Shown: positions 30,761 to 41,605, numbered from the stretch's first letter. The stretch: DNA of 64,000 nt from an uncultured Verrucomicrobiae bacterium (GCA_963788655.1 CAWBHS010000057.1:128001-192000), one strand, 5' to 3'. Program-made: numbers and translations. The notes: generated by a model from the letters alone, not told the origin.

Positions 30761-31180
30761 GACGGAGATCAGCCTCTCCGCACGTTGACCCAAGATTCGA
30801 CACACGATCGTCGCGGGCACGAGTGGAGTTGGGCGGTGCGATGGGCCAAATCTTTACGCACTTTCAGAATGGGAACGGGTTTTGATTGCCCGACCCGCGG
30901 AGCGCGCGTTTCCCTTGATTTGCCCTGGTCAATGTTCTTCTTGGCTCCCAGCCCTTCTGGGCACGAAACGACGGCATCACTCTTGCTTAATTTACCCGGA
31001 TTTTTTGAAACCATTTTGAGCGTCGGCAGGCAAAACTTGAATCAAGAACGGTGTTCGGGAAAACTCTGGTTGACCGGGCTGTGCCCACCTGCCAAACCTG
31101 TGGACGGCAGATTTGTGGTGACCCGCGGTATTTCGATGGCTGAGTACTTTGGTGGCAATTCAGATTCTGAATAATCAAGC

Positions 31181-32038
31181 GTGATGTTCCAGCATGTGGA
31201 CACAAAGAATCCGGCGGCGGTCGAACTGGCAGTCCGACGGATTTACGCCGCGATGTTTCCGCAGCGCGAGGCCGGATTTGTGGCGCGTGCCTTTGACTGG
31301 GCGCGCCAGTGTTTTGAAGGGCGATATGATGATTATCAGGCCATCGACGCTTGGTACCATGATTTCGAGCACACCCTCCAAGGCACACTGTGCCTGGCGC
31401 AGCTCCTCGCCGGCCGGCATCGAGCCGGGGCCCATCCCACCATGACCGCACGCATGTTTGAATTGGGATTGCTGGCCATTCTTTTCCACGATACCGGCTA
31501 CCTCAAAAAGCGAGACGATCCGAAAGGCACCGGCGCCAAATACACGCTGATTCACGTGGGGCGCAGTGCCATGTTCGCCAAAGAATTCTTGACCGGTCAA
31601 CATTACTCGCCGGAAGACATCACCGCGGTGCAAAACATGATCCGCTGCACTGGCGTGAATGCCGACGTCACGGCAATTCTGTTCCGCACCGAACTCGAAA
31701 TGTTGGTGGGATTCGCCTTGGGCACGGCCGATTTGCTGGGCCAGATGGCCGCCCACGATTACGTCGAAAAACTGCCCATCCTTTATCTTGAGTTTGCGGA
31801 AACTGCCCGCGCAGGCGGCGAGCAGGCCGCCCGTTTTGCCGCCTATACCAGCGCCGACGTGTTAATGAAGAAGACGCCCGGATTCTGGGAGGGTTACGTC
31901 CGGCAACGCATCGAATTGGATTTTATTGGGCTGTACAAATACCTGAATGACCCCTATCCGGACGGCCCGAATCCTTACCTCCAGCGAATCGAGGAAAACA
32001 TGGCCAGGCTGCAACGGAAATTGGCCGGTCAAGTCTAA
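31181..32038 (+). CDS. HD-superfamily metal-dependent phosphohydrolase
   Basis: YHDFEHT, LFHDTGY, HVGRS, GTADLLGQ. Confidence 0.8.
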   Translation: MMFQHVDTKNPAAVELAVRRIYAAMFPQREAGFVARAFDWARQCFEGRYDDYQAIDAWYHDFEHTLQGTLCLAQLLAGRHRAGAHPTMTARMFELGLLAILFHDTGYLKKRDDPKGTGAKYTLIHVGRSAMFAKEFLTGQHYSPEDITAVQNMIRCTGVNADVTAILFRTELEMLVGFALGTADLLGQMAAHDYVEKLPILYLEFAETARAGGEQAARFAAYTSADVLMKKTPGFWEGYVRQRIELDFIGLYKYLNDPYPDGPNPYLQRIEENMARLQRKLAGQV

Positions 32039-32214
32039 CCCGGGCTGTTCCAACTCGCCATAGCCGACGACGCCAGGAGGTGAAACCGCATAGGAGTGTG
32101 CCAAAGCCGTCCCTTCACGTCGGTGGCTACGGCGAGTTGGAAATATCAGCACTAAAACACTTCGCCGCACGATTTGAATTTCCGCGGCCGGAACAATGGG
32201 GTTAACCTTTCCGT

Positions 32215-34326
32215 ATGTCACGTGACTACGTGGTGCAACCCTTTCGCGCGCCGGTCAATCTCCAGATTGACTACGAGCGGGAATTGAATGCGCAGCAACT
32301 GGCGGCTGTCACGGCACCGCCGGGGCCGGCGCTCGTCATCGCCGGGGCCGGCGCGGGCAAGACCCGTACATTGATCTATCGCGTAGCCTATTTGCTGGAA
32401 CAGGGCATTCCCGCCAGCCGCGTTCTGCTGCTGACGTTCACCAACAAAGCCGCTCGCGAGATGATGCGGCGGGTGAGCGACCTGCTGGCCGGCGACCTGA
32501 CCGATCTCTGGGGCGGAACGTTCCATTCCATCGGTCACCGGCTCTTGCGCCGCAATGCCGAGGCCGTCGGTTACCGCCAAGATTTCACCATTCTGGATCG
32601 GGAGGATGCGAAGGACTTGCTCAAGACCTGCGTGGCCGAAGCCGAGATCGACACCAAGGCCACGCGGTTTCCCAAGGCGGATGTGCTGGGCAACATTTTT
32701 TCGCTGGCCGTCAACATGCAACAGAGCATTCCGGAAATCCTCGCCGGACATTACGACTACTTCTGTCAACTCACGCCCCCGATTGAGAAGCTCGCCAAAC
32801 TCTATGCCGAGCGCAAGCGCAGCACCAACGTGATGGACTTCGACGACCTGCTGGTGCTGTGGCTGAAACTGGTCCAGGACCACGCCGAGGTGCGGGACCA
32901 GTTGCAGCGCAAGTTTCAGTTTGTCCTGGTGGACGAATATCAGGACACCAACAAGATCCAGGGCGACGTGGTGGATCTGCTGGCGGAACGGCATCAGAAC
33001 CTGATGGTGGTGGGCGATGATTCGCAAAGCATCTATTCGTGGCGCGGGGCAAACTTTCAGAACATCCTGGAATTCCCCAAGCGCTATTCCCAGGCGAAGG
33101 TCTATAAAATCGAGGCCAACTACCGCAGCACGCCGGAAATTCTCGCCGTGGCCAACGAAGCCATCAAAGCCAATTTCAAACAATTCCCCAAGACCCTGGC
33201 GCCGCAGCGGCCAAACGGTCCGAAGCCCGTGCTGGTGGCGTGCGGTGACGGCGGGCAACAGGCCGCGTTCGTGGCGCAGCGGATGCTCGAATTGCGTGAT
33301 GAAGGCGCGAGCCTGAACGGCATGGCGGTACTCTACCGTTCGCATTTTCACGCGCTGGAACTGCAACTGGAATTGACCAAGCGCAACATCCCCTTCAGCA
33401 TTACCAGCGGCATCCGCTTCTTCGAACAGGCGCACATCAAAGACGTAGGCGCCTACCTCAAACTGGTGTGCAATCCGCGCGATGAAATGGCCTTCAAGCG
33501 CATGGTGATGTTGTTGCCGGGCATTGGCGCCAAGGGGGCGGACAAACTCTGGAGCAAGTTTCAGGGCGCAGGCCGCTCACCGGAGGCTGCCGCGACGCCC
33601 GGGGCCAATTCGCGTTCGGGACGGCGCGCCCGCGATGCAGGCCAGCCACCCGCCGCGGACGATTCGGGTCCTGATTCGGCCCGCCACCCGCTCGCGGCCG
33701 CATTTCAAGCGTGTGCTGATGCGGTGCCCAAGAAGGCCAAGATCGCCTGGACCCAACTGGCCATCACGGTTTCCCAACTCGAAGACGCTGGCAAACGGCC
33801 GCAACCTTCCGAGATGATCCGCATGGTGATCGAAGCGGGGTATGATGCGTATTTGCAGGAGACGTATCCCAATTATCGGTCGCGCCTGGAAGACCTCCAG
33901 CAACTGGCGGAATTTGCGCGTCAGTTTACGAATGTCGAAGAGTTCCTGAGCCAGCTTTCCTTGTTGACGAATGTGGAGGCCGAGGAAGATCGCCCGGCGC
34001 AACGGGACGACGAACGGGTGCGTCTCTCATCCATTCATCAGGCCAAGGGGCTCGAATTTGACGTGGTGTTTGTGATCATGCTGTGTGACGGCTTGTTTCC
34101 CAACGCCCGTTCGCTGGACCGGCCCGAAAGCGAAGAGGAAGAACGCCGGCTGTTTTATGTGGCGATCACGCGCGCGCGCAACGAACTTTACCTGAGCTAC
34201 CCGCTCATCCGCATGACGGCGGGTCACAGCGGAGACTTTTTTCAACAACCCTCCCGGTTTCTCCACGAGATTCCGCCTGAACTGCTGGATTCGTGGAACC
34301 TCAAGACCTCGCTGCCGTACGGCTGA
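32215..34326 (+). CDS. UvrD/PcrA/Rep SF1A DNA helicase
   Basis: AGAGAGKT, TFTNKAA, VDEYQD, VGDDSQSIY, NYRS, SIHQAKGLEF, EERRLFYVAITRA. Confidence 0.96.
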   Translation: MSRDYVVQPFRAPVNLQIDYERELNAQQLAAVTAPPGPALVIAGAGAGKTRTLIYRVAYLLEQGIPASRVLLLTFTNKAAREMMRRVSDLLAGDLTDLWGGTFHSIGHRLLRRNAEAVGYRQDFTILDREDAKDLLKTCVAEAEIDTKATRFPKADVLGNIFSLAVNMQQSIPEILAGHYDYFCQLTPPIEKLAKLYAERKRSTNVMDFDDLLVLWLKLVQDHAEVRDQLQRKFQFVLVDEYQDTNKIQGDVVDLLAERHQNLMVVGDDSQSIYSWRGANFQNILEFPKRYSQAKVYKIEANYRSTPEILAVANEAIKANFKQFPKTLAPQRPNGPKPVLVACGDGGQQAAFVAQRMLELRDEGASLNGMAVLYRSHFHALELQLELTKRNIPFSITSGIRFFEQAHIKDVGAYLKLVCNPRDEMAFKRMVMLLPGIGAKGADKLWSKFQGAGRSPEAAATPGANSRSGRRARDAGQPPAADDSGPDSARHPLAAAFQACADAVPKKAKIAWTQLAITVSQLEDAGKRPQPSEMIRMVIEAGYDAYLQETYPNYRSRLEDLQQLAEFARQFTNVEEFLSQLSLLTNVEAEEDRPAQRDDERVRLSSIHQAKGLEFDVVFVIMLCDGLFPNARSLDRPESEEEERRLFYVAITRARNELYLSYPLIRMTAGHSGDFFQQPSRFLHEIPPELLDSWNLKTSLPYG

Positions 34327-34483
34327 GGTGCGGGATGGAGGCTTGCCTTGGATCGGCTGCGTATCCCGCGCAAAAAAGTTCAAGAAAATTCTTGCATTCT
34401 CTCGAACTTTGAAAATAATGGCCCCGGCTTCGAGGTAAGCCAGGAATAAGAAACCAACAATAACTCAAAACGGTATCGCAACT

Positions 34484-34882
34484 ATGAAGACCATCCTGAT
34501 TGTTTCGTTAGCATTAAGTCTGTTGTTTGGAGCCACCGCAAACATCCGTGCTGCCGATGCGCCCCAAAAGGCGCCCGCGGCCGCCGAGAAAGCCAAGAAA
34601 GTTAAATACCGGCCGTTCCGGGGAACCATCAAGTCCATAGAGACGCAGGCCAAAACCATTACGCTGGAAGGAGCCAAGGCGCAGCAGTTCCAGATCATTT
34701 CCGAAACGAAGCTCAACAAGGATGGCAAGCCCATCACGTTCGACCAACTGGCAAAAGGTGATCGCTTGGGCGGTCGTGCCCGTGAAGCGGCCAATGGCAA
34801 ATGGGACGCGGTAACCATCAACGTTCGCACCGCCGCGGAGAAATCGGGTAAAGGCGCCAAGGGGAAGAAGAAAACCAATTGA
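34484..34882 (+). CDS. Small secreted Lys-rich protein (OB-fold-like)
   Basis: Signal peptide; RPFRGTIKSIE...KTITL...TFDQLAKGDR. Confidence 0.75.
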   Translation: MKTILIVSLALSLLFGATANIRAADAPQKAPAAAEKAKKVKYRPFRGTIKSIETQAKTITLEGAKAQQFQIISETKLNKDGKPITFDQLAKGDRLGGRAREAANGKWDAVTINVRTAAEKSGKGAKGKKKTN

Positions 34883-34906
34883 AGTAAGCCGTTTTTGTCG
34901 CATCCA

Positions 34907-34937
34907 GGCAGGCCCCACCCGGGTCTGCCTTTTTTAT
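34907..34937 (+). terminator. Rho-independent terminator
   Basis: GGCAGGCCC-CACCC-GGGTCTGCC followed by a T-run. Confidence 0.75.
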
Positions 34938-36322
34938 TTGCCGGCGGGATCAGGGTCGCTGGGCGGCAGGCGCAAGGTGGCTTCGACCGGCGGAATGTCC
35001 AGCAACGTCCGGCCTGTCGTTCCGCCGCCCAGTTTGAGCAGCTTTTCACCGCTGGGACGCACCATTCGTTCGTAGCTGCCCACGGCATCATTGTAAGCAT
35101 TATTGGCCCGCTCCAAGCCGCTGCGGATGCGCTCAAAGTGCTCGGTGAATTTGGCCACGCGGCCGTATAGTTCCTGGGCCGCCACGGCAATGGCGCGCGC
35201 GTTCTCCGTCTGGGCGTGTTGTTGCCAACTCACGCTGACCGACCGAAGCAACGCAATCAATGAGGCCGGCGTAGCCAACATGATTTGGCGATTGGCCGCC
35301 CAAACGATGAGATCCCGGTCCCCTTCGAGGGCGGCACTAAACAAGGATTCGGCAGGCAGGAATAACACCACATAGTCCAGCGCGTTGGGAAACTGGTGCG
35401 GATAATCGCGATCCGCCAGGGCCTTGATGGTGGCCTTCAATTTAGCCGCGTGCGCCGCCAGGGCTTCCGCGCGTTTGGTCTGCTCGGAAATTTCCAACGC
35501 GCTCAGGAACTCCAGGTCCGGCACTTTGGCATCGACGATGATCACCCGGTCGCCGGGCAGGCGCACAATTAAATCCGGTTTGGCGTCGCCGGCCTGGGTT
35601 TGCTCGCTGAAATCGCAATGGGCGCTCATGCCAGCGGCTTCAACCACGCGCCGCAACGTTTCTTCGCCCCACCGGCCACGGGCTTGATTGGAACTGAGCA
35701 CCCGGCGCAATTGCAGCGTTTCGCTGGAAAGCGTCTGGCTTTGCTGCGCGAGGGTTTCCAAGTGTTTCTTCACCTCGCCCAGGGCGCTGGATTGGCTCGT
35801 TTCGCTTTGAGCCAGGCGTTGCTGGTAGATCTTCAGTTGTTCTTCCAGTGGTTTGACAAGGGTCTTGATGGCTTCCTGACGTTGGGAAAGCTCACCTTTG
35901 GCGGTTTCCTGGAAACGCGCAAAGGTTTCGTTGGCCAACCGTAGCAATTCCGGGTGGGATTGTTTCAAAGCCTCGGCACTAAGCGCTTTGAAGGCTTCGC
36001 GCAAATCGGCCAGCGCCTTCTCCTGGTTTTGCCGGAGATCCCGGAGCTGTTGCTCGTGCAGTTGCTGTTGTTCGCCGGCCAGGTTTTCCGCCGCCGCCAA
36101 TTGCGCCTCGGCGGTCGCGCGAGCCTGGGCAGTTTCACCAAGTTGGCCGCGCAGTTGCGATAGCTCCATCTCCCGTTGCGACAGTTGCTGGCGCAATTCA
36201 TTCTCGAGCCGGTTATCAATTGGCGCGACGGCCGACCGGCGCAGGCCCAAAAGCCAGCCGATGGCTCCACCCAGCGCCAATCCGATGGCCAACCCGACGA
36301 GAATGTTTTCCAGGGGCGACAC
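34934..36322 (-). CDS. rmuC: DNA recombination protein RmuC
   Basis: N-terminal TM and coiled coil; RGRWGEETL, KPDLIVRLP, IVDAKVP, VVLFLPAE, LATPASLIALLR. Confidence 0.94.
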   Translation of the reverse strand: MSPLENILVGLAIGLALGGAIGWLLGLRRSAVAPIDNRLENELRQQLSQREMELSQLRGQLGETAQARATAEAQLAAAENLAGEQQQLHEQQLRDLRQNQEKALADLREAFKALSAEALKQSHPELLRLANETFARFQETAKGELSQRQEAIKTLVKPLEEQLKIYQQRLAQSETSQSSALGEVKKHLETLAQQSQTLSSETLQLRRVLSSNQARGRWGEETLRRVVEAAGMSAHCDFSEQTQAGDAKPDLIVRLPGDRVIIVDAKVPDLEFLSALEISEQTKRAEALAAHAAKLKATIKALADRDYPHQFPNALDYVVLFLPAESLFSAALEGDRDLIVWAANRQIMLATPASLIALLRSVSVSWQQHAQTENARAIAVAAQELYGRVAKFTEHFERIRSGLERANNAYNDAVGSYERMVRPSGEKLLKLGGGTTGRTLLDIPPVEATLRLPPSDPDPAGK

Positions 36323-36338
36323 AGCGACGGCGAATCAG

Positions 36339-36737
36339 CTACATTTTGAAGGCAAGATAGTGTGCCAGCACTTCAATTTCCACGTTTGCCCCCTTGGGCA
36401 ACGCCGCGACCTGCACGGTGGAACGGGCCGGGAAATCCGTCGTAAAATACTGTTGGTAAACCTCGTTCATCGAAGCGAAATCAGCCAGATCGGTCAGGAA
36501 CACGGTGGTCTTCACCACATGACTGAAAGTCAGTTTCTGATCTTCAAGAATGATCTTTATGTTCTCCAGCACGCGTTCCGTTTGCGCTTTGAGGTCGCCA
36601 GCCACCAGTTCGCCAGTGGCGGGATCAATCGGAATTTGTCCCGAACAATAGAGCAAATCGCCCAGCCGGATGGCATGGTTGTACGGCCCGACCGGCGGTG
36701 CCGCATACTCAGGTTTGATGATGGTTTTCGTGGTCAT
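36339..36737 (-). CDS. ridA: RidA/YjgF enamine deaminase
   Basis: GPYNHA, SGQIPIDP, VVKTTVFL, FPARSTVQVAALP. Confidence 0.93.
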   Translation of the reverse strand: MTTKTIIKPEYAAPPVGPYNHAIRLGDLLYCSGQIPIDPATGELVAGDLKAQTERVLENIKIILEDQKLTFSHVVKTTVFLTDLADFASMNEVYQQYFTTDFPARSTVQVAALPKGANVEIEVLAHYLAFKM

Positions 36738-36863
36738 AATCGTTCCCTGATTGTGCGGTGCAATCCGCGGAATGCCCAGCGGATTTTCACGGACGCCTGT
36801 GGCTAGGGAGCGGACGAAATGATGTTTACTCCAGCGTGTGGGAATGACAGATTGCGGTCAACG

Positions 36864-38049
36864 ATGATTAAACGGATCAAGATTTATGACTTCAAGAGCA
36901 TACGGAAGCTGGATCTAAGCCTTGACCCGGTTACGGTCTTGGTGGGACGCAGCGGCACGGGCAAGTCGAATTTCGTGCAGGCCATCAGATTCCTTCGCAA
37001 TCTGCTAATCAATCCTCAACAGGCAATCGCTTATGAGGGTGGGTGGCAACGCATTGTTCCAGTTGGTGAAAAGCACCCTGAGAACGTCGATTGAGGTAGT
37101 CTTTTCTCTGCCTGGCGAGGAGCGTGAGTGCGCGTACCGAATTGCTTTCGGCATGCGTGGCGCTCAAACGTTCGCTGGTGCCTTGGAACTCAAAGACGAG
37201 TATTTGGCTTTGGGTGGGGAACCAGTCTTCGCTCGGTCTTGGTCACCCCAGGGTTGGACGTGGCCAAAGTCTCCAGATGTTGCGGCGATGCCTCGGGCAA
37301 CCGAATCCCCCATGATCGGCAGTTTTCCAACTTTGCAGAAGGTGGTCTTCGCCTACGCAGCCTTGTCCACCGGTATAGGCTATTACCATTTTCCTTCCAC
37401 AACCTTGGATCCTGGAAGGCCATCCGGCGCTGGAACAGAATTCTTGCGGAGCATTCGGGGACTCTCTGATAATGCAACCAACTATCTTGAAGTTATTCGC
37501 GACATCACTCAGGATTTTCACCGTCCCAACCTTCGCAAGAGCCTTGTGGCCACATTGCAGGCTGTTAATCCTACCATTGAATCTATCGAGTTGGATTCAT
37601 TGACTGCCCCCAAACGAGCCATAGTGGGGCACCGCGCAAATGGATGGATATTTGAATTGTCGTTGGAACAAGAGTCGGACGGTTTGCGTCGTTTTTATGC
37701 CCACCTGCTGGCGTTGTATCAAACTCCGCCGAAGCTGACCTTGGTCTTTGAGGAACCGGAGAATGCGATTTTCCCCGGAGCGCTGTCGCTGCTGGCCGAT
37801 GAATTCAAAGCCGCGCCTCGCGAAGATCGTGGCCAAGTCATCCTCACCACGCACAATCCAATCTTCCTCGACTCTTTTGACGTAGATAACGTCAGGGCTG
37901 TGGAAATGCGGGACGGTCAGACCATTATTGGCCCAGTTTCCAAAGAGCAGTGTGACGCAGTGCGAGACCATCTTCTGAACACCGGTGATCTGCTGACCGT
38001 CGAGCATCCCAAGGTGGAACATACCCAGCCGGCTCAACCAGTTTCATGA
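36864..38049 (+). CDS. ABC-type (AAA_21-like) ATPase; frameshift near 37080
   Basis: Walker A GRSGTGKS, signature-like ESDG, Walker B LVFEEPEN, H-loop ILTTHN; AT-richer than flanks. Confidence 0.9.
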
Positions 38050-38741
38050 AGCGTCTGGTAATCGTGGGAGAAGGCCACGGAGAGACGGCGGCTCTTCCGA
38101 TACTCATTCGAAGACTCTTGCGGGAAAAAGACGCCGGCCAATTGCTCTTTGTTGACGATGATGTCATTCGCACACACGAGGCCGCGAGCCTTGTCAAATG
38201 GGACAAACAGAAGAATCGACCTGATTATGGGGTGTGGATCAGCAGAGTTGCTTTGGCAAGTCGACGCTCGATTTTGGGTGCCGTCTTGGCTGTGTTCGAC
38301 GGCGACAGCAAGGTCTTCCCCGCGGGCTCGGGAACGCCCTTTTGTGCCGCGACGGCTGCCAAATCAATGACCGCGGCCGCGGTTGATGCCGGAGCGGGGA
38401 AGGTGTTTTCATTGGCTGTCGTGTTTGCCTGTGTCGAATTCGAGACATGGATCATTGCCGGCGCCGAATCGCTTGCTGGTCAGTCCTTCAAAGATGGGCG
38501 ACCTGCACTGCCAGCCGGAATGAAATTTCCTGCCGGCCCTCCTGAATCACACGGCAAACGGTGGCTCGAAGAACATTGTCCAGGCTATCGCCCAACTCGA
38601 GACCAGGGTCCACTGACAGAACTCATCGATTTCAACATTGTGAGAGAAAAGAAGCTTCGTTCCTTTGCTCGCCTTGAACACGCCGTTGAGCAAATATTAA
38701 CGGCAGTTGGAAATGGCGATTTTATAAAGACGCCAATTTGA
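38046..38741 (+). CDS. DUF4276 family TOPRIM-like protein
   Basis: VGEGHGE, VFDGD, EFETW, YRPTRDQ, RSF; ATGA overlap with the ATPase stop. Confidence 0.8.
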   Translation: MKRLVIVGEGHGETAALPILIRRLLREKDAGQLLFVDDDVIRTHEAASLVKWDKQKNRPDYGVWISRVALASRRSILGAVLAVFDGDSKVFPAGSGTPFCAATAAKSMTAAAVDAGAGKVFSLAVVFACVEFETWIIAGAESLAGQSFKDGRPALPAGMKFPAGPPESHGKRWLEEHCPGYRPTRDQGPLTELIDFNIVREKKLRSFARLEHAVEQILTAVGNGDFIKTPI

Positions 38742-38793
38742 GCCATAGGTACGCGATTGGCGTGCTGACTGGTTCAGCTTGCCATTTCCAATC

Positions 38794-39906
38794 TCAGAGG
38801 AATAGCACGAACCGCCCATCCCGCAGCACCATCCCGGCGGCTCCGTTTCCGGGACTGCTGGCCATGCCGGATTTGCCAAGCGCTTTCCCTTGGTCATCGT
38901 ACAATTGCCATCCTAAAACCCCCTGGTTTTTCCAAGCAATGAGCGTCGTGCCGTCAGCAGCGCTCAGCGCGAGAAGTCCGGTGCGCATACCGGTTGTGCC
39001 GGGTGTCTTGATTTCGCCGGGCGGCTGGACCGCGCCGTCCAGGTCCAACTGTGCGAAATCCACCTGTCCTTTCGTGGGCCAGGCGGCCACATAACCAGTA
39101 GCGGTCGAGTTGATGGTAAAATAGGTCATGGGACACGCCGCCACATGCCAGCTTGCGCGGCTGACGCGTCGGCGCGTTGGCGGAGTCCTTTGTTGCTGGT
39201 CCCAAAGAACCACGTACATGTCCCGGTCGTTGTTCGTCTCCTCGCGATAGAGCAGCGCCAAACGTCCGTCCCGGCCATAGGCGCTGCTGGTGGTGCAGCA
39301 ATTGCAGGGATCCCAGGTGGGATCGAGTTCCGCGCTCGCGGTGAAGGTCGCTCCGTGATCGCGGGATACCATGGCGTAGAGTTTGTCGGACAGAAAACCG
39401 GCGGTCACGCAGCCCCGGTCATTGGCTGCCAGTGAAAAGCCTTCGCTCGGCCAATGATTGAGATTCCGCACCGGTGAGAACTGTTTCGCGCCTGGGGCCA
39501 AGCTGGTGAAATACAGGCACCATTCTTCCTGGGGCAGTTTCAATTTCCAGGCATTGTTCCCCATGGCCACGTACACGTGACCGTCGCCGCCCACCGCCAA
39601 ATCCCAGGCTGAGAACTCCAAACCCGGCTTCCGTGCGGCCGCGTCCACGATGGCGATGGGCCGGCTGAACGTCGCGCCGTCATTGAGGGATTTCGTGTAG
39701 AACGGCCCACCGGCACCATCGAACACGAGATGGACAGAGCCGTCGGCGCTGCGTTTTGCTTTGACGACTTTGTTTACGCCAGGCACACGCACAGCCTGGA
39801 CTCGGTTCGTAATTGGCTCCGCGTGAGCAATCCGCCCCCAACAAAACCATGTCCCCAGAACGGCGAGCGCCCACCATGCGCGCAAATTCAATCGTGGCGT
39901 TTTCAC
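38794..39906 (-). CDS. Secreted BNR/sialidase-like beta-propeller protein with CxCC motif
   Basis: Asp-boxes SLNDGATF and SRDHGATF; PCNCCTT; WHVAACP. Confidence 0.75.
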   Translation of the reverse strand: MKTPRLNLRAWWALAVLGTWFCWGRIAHAEPITNRVQAVRVPGVNKVVKAKRSADGSVHLVFDGAGGPFYTKSLNDGATFSRPIAIVDAAARKPGLEFSAWDLAVGGDGHVYVAMGNNAWKLKLPQEEWCLYFTSLAPGAKQFSPVRNLNHWPSEGFSLAANDRGCVTAGFLSDKLYAMVSRDHGATFTASAELDPTWDPCNCCTTSSAYGRDGRLALLYREETNNDRDMYVVLWDQQQRTPPTRRRVSRASWHVAACPMTYFTINSTATGYVAAWPTKGQVDFAQLDLDGAVQPPGEIKTPGTTGMRTGLLALSAADGTTLIAWKNQGVLGWQLYDDQGKALGKSGMASSPGNGAAGMVLRDGRFVLFL

Positions 39907-40106
39907 ACGACCCTTATCGCGCTGGATTGACTTGCAGTCAATCGTGCCGGACTCGTAGCGCGTTGCCGTCGATGGTTGCAGCTCGGTGGCAACGGTCCCA
40001 AGTTAAGTTACCGGAGGGCCATATTACCAATAACCGGGACTGACCCCTACGCGCTTTCACCGACCTTTGCTGGCCAGAAGGGCAGCTTGCTGATTAGAAT
40101 GTCCGT

Positions 40107-40877
40107 ATGCCTGAACATCCATCGGCATTGAACGATTGGGACCGGCGTCTTTATGAATGGCAAATGTGGGTGCCCGGTTTTGGCGAGGACGGCCAGCGCA
40201 AGCTCAAGGCCGCGTCGGTGCTGGTGTCCCGCTGCGGTGGCGTCGGAGGACTGGTGGCGTACGAACTGGCCGCGGCCGGCATCGGACAATTGATACTGGC
40301 TCATGCCGGAATGGTGAAACCCAGCGACCTGAACCGGCAGTTATTGATGACCCGCGATTGGCTCGGCAAACCGCGGGTTGAATCTGCGGCGCGGCGCCTG
40401 CGCGAGTTGAATCCGGACGTCGAAATCGTGCCAGTCGCGGAGAACGTTACCGCCGCCAACGTCGAACGGCTCGTCGCCCAGGTGGACCTGATCGTGGATT
40501 GTGCTCCCTTGTTCGCGGAACGATTTCTCATGAACCAGGAAGCCGTGCGGCAAGACAAACCCATGGTTGAATGCGCGATGTATGACTTTGACGTGCAAGC
40601 CACCACAGTGTTACCCGGTCAAACGCCGTGCTTGCAGTGTATGTATCCGGAGGCACCTCCCCATTGGAAACGTGAGTTCCCGGTCTTCGGGGCTGTCGCC
40701 GGCGTGGCGGCGTGCTTGGGTGCCACTGAAGCAATCAAAGTGCTCACTGGCCTGGGGCAACCGCTGGCAGGACGGTTGCTGGTGGGCGATCTGCGCCAAA
40801 TGTCGTTCCGCACCTGCCGCATCAAGCGTGATCCGCAATGCCCCGTTTGCAGTAACTTACCCGGCCGAGTCAAATAG
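40107..40877 (+). CDS. HesA/MoeB/ThiF family E1-like adenylyltransferase
   Basis: SRCGGVGG, SDLNRQ, TPCLQC, C-terminal CPVC. Confidence 0.92.
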   Translation: MPEHPSALNDWDRRLYEWQMWVPGFGEDGQRKLKAASVLVSRCGGVGGLVAYELAAAGIGQLILAHAGMVKPSDLNRQLLMTRDWLGKPRVESAARRLRELNPDVEIVPVAENVTAANVERLVAQVDLIVDCAPLFAERFLMNQEAVRQDKPMVECAMYDFDVQATTVLPGQTPCLQCMYPEAPPHWKREFPVFGAVAGVAACLGATEAIKVLTGLGQPLAGRLLVGDLRQMSFRTCRIKRDPQCPVCSNLPGRVK

Positions 40878-40959
40878 GAAAAACCCGCTTCAATGCCGGC
40901 GATCCCCTGCCGATGCTGTTTTCAGGTATGTGGTTCGACCAGCCTGATGCAGACGTGAT

Positions 40960-41605
40960 ATGACCATTTGGGTTCGTTTGGGAATTTCCGTGGCCATCGC
41001 GGCGATGTTTTCCATCGTCATGACGGAGTTTCTCCAGAGCACGTCATATTACGAGGCGTACAAATGGTACGTGTGCTCGGCTTTTTTGGCGCTGGGGCCG
41101 GTCTGCTATCTGATCGGTCGCAATCTCAATGCGGCGCGCTGGGCCGCAACCGCCGGAGCAAAAATCAGCTTTGGGCCGGACCAGGCCGCTGACACGCCCA
41201 CCGACCGGGAACCCTTTCTCCTGTTCAACCTGGCGTACTGGGGCGTGATGCTGGTCGTGTTTGGCGTCATCATCATTTTCATCGTCCCACGTCCGGGTGG
41301 CATGGACCAACACACGACCGCCGCCGGGACGGTCGCGAAGGTAATCGCGCGGGCGCTCCAGCCCTCGGAATCCCCAGCCACTAATGGGCTGATCGAGTTT
41401 CCTGAGGTGCATATTCAAGGTCTGATCTACCGACCGCGCAAATCGTCGGTGATTTTGGATGGCAAAACTGTACTTTGTCGGCGAGGAAGTGGACGGCGCC
41501 ACCGTGACGGCCATTACGGCCCACAGTGTCACCTTGGAACTAGCCGGCCAATCCAAAGTGCTGAATTTGGAGCGTGAATTATTACGGATGCCCACTCGGC
41601 GCTAA
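40960..41605 (+). CDS. Membrane protein with C-terminal GspB/PilP-like domain; frameshift near 41469
   Basis: 3 TM segments; corrected end HIQGLIYRPRKSSVILDGKTYFVGEEVDGATVTAITAHSVTLELAGQSKVL. Confidence 0.7.

Noticed and set aside
30870..30940. c-di-GMP-I riboswitch (GGGCAAA...GAAA on - strand)
   Set aside because: The stem around GAAA does not pair and the downstream GACGCAAAGC-like segment is absent.
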